Shown here: positions 63,049 through 64,000 of the stretch, piece after piece
Layout of the letters: each line of letters starts with the position of its first letter
Position numbering within the stretch: position 1 is the stretch's first letter
NCBI RefSeq assembly: GCF_030028105.1
Contig: NC_092384.1
Location: forward strand, 9,911,423-9,975,422
Source: Mobula birostris
Taxonomy: Eukaryota
Length of the DNA: 64,000 bases
Reading direction: 5' to 3'
Notes under the pieces: generated by a model
The model's database searches: none
The model's input: the letters and a program-made list of their open reading frames with translations, nothing else
What the model was told of the DNA's origin: nothing
Made by a program: the position numbers and the translations under genes

Positions 63049-64000
63049 GTGGATAAGTCTCCGGGTCCTGACAGGATATTCCCTAGGACCTTGAGGGAAG
63101 TTAGTGTAGAAATAGCAGGTGCTCTGACAGAAATATTTCAAATGTCATTAGAAACGGGGATGGTGCCAGAGGATTGGAGTATTGCTCATGTTGTTCCAGT
63201 GTTTAAAAAGAGTTCTAAGAGCAAACCTAGCAATTATTGGCCTGTGAGTTTGACGTCAGTGGTGGGTAAATTGATGGAAGGTATTCTTAGAGATGGTATA
63301 TATAATTATCTGGATAGACAGGGTCTGATTAGGAACAGTCAACATGGATTTGTGCGTGGAAGTTCATGTTTGACAAATCCTATTGAATCTTTTGAAGAGG
63401 TTAGTAGGAAAATTGTCATGGGTAAAGTGGTGAATGATGTCTATATGGACCTCAGTAAGGCCTTTGACAAGGTTCCACATGGAAGGTTAGTTAGGAAGGT
63501 TCAATCGTTAGGTATTAACATAGAAGCAGTAAAAGTGATTCAACAGTGGCTGGATGGGAGATGCCAGAGAGTAATGGTGCATAACTGTTTGTCAGGTTGG
63601 AGGCTGGTGACTAGTAGTATGCCTCAGGGATCTGTACTGGGTCCAATGTTGTTTGTCATATACATTAATGATCTGGATGATGGGGTGGTAAATTGGATTA
63701 GTAAGTATGCAGATAATATTAAGATAGGTGGCGTTGTGGATAATGAAGTAGGTTTCCAAAGCTTGCAGAGAGATTTAGGCCAGTTAGAAGAGTGGGCTGA
63801 AAGATGGCAGATGGAGTTTAATGCTGATAAGTGTGAGGTGCTACATTTTGGTAGGACTAATCAAAATAGGACATACATGGTAAATGGTAGGGCATTGAGG
63901 AATGCAGTAGAACACTGTGATCTAGGAATAAAGGTGGAATCTCATGTGGATAGGGTGGTGAAGAAAGCCTTTGGTATGCTGGCCTTTATAAATCAGAGCA
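63049..64000 (+). mobile_element. CR1 LINE reverse transcriptase region, reading open to the window end
   Basis: My translation: DKSPGPDRIFPRTLRE...NYWPVSLTSVVGKLME...SQHGFVRG...VYMDLSKAFDKVPH...PQGSVLGPMLF...SKYADNIKIGG (YADD changed to YADN). Missing from the ORF track because it lacks a stop. Confidence 0.93.

Noticed and set aside
63049-64000. Active CR1 element
   Set aside because: The frame is open, but the catalytic YADD reads YADN, there is an internal deletion near 63930, and the 5' endonuclease part is absent.

Overview
Eukaryotic, repeat-dominated non-coding DNA. The repeat inventory (CR1 LINE tails, V-SINEs, Rex1/Babar LINEs, Penelope-like elements) points to a cartilaginous fish, probably a ray; this is inference. 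I found no recognisable host protein-coding exon, RNA gene or CRISPR array, and every recognisable ORF is transposon-derived. Main contents: a full-length but disabled Mag-like Gypsy element (52057-56743, both LTRs, ACTAC target-site duplication); decayed BEL/Pao and CsRn1-like LTR elements; three solo LTRs; a Chapaev3-type DNA transposon carrying nested insertions; hAT and Tc1 derivatives; and many Rex1, CR1 and Penelope fragments, several with minimal hammerhead ribozymes. There are also recurrent palindromic mini-elements built from inverted Penelope ends, a 5.8 kb strand-asymmetric ~40-bp satellite with an internal 99-bp higher-order repeat, a few unique islands that may be regulatory, and one 139-nt N gap. 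Family assignments come from motif recognition by eye, not database searches. I cannot claim a new biological system; the best leads are the palindromic ribozyme mini-elements, the Chapaev3 element and the satellite.
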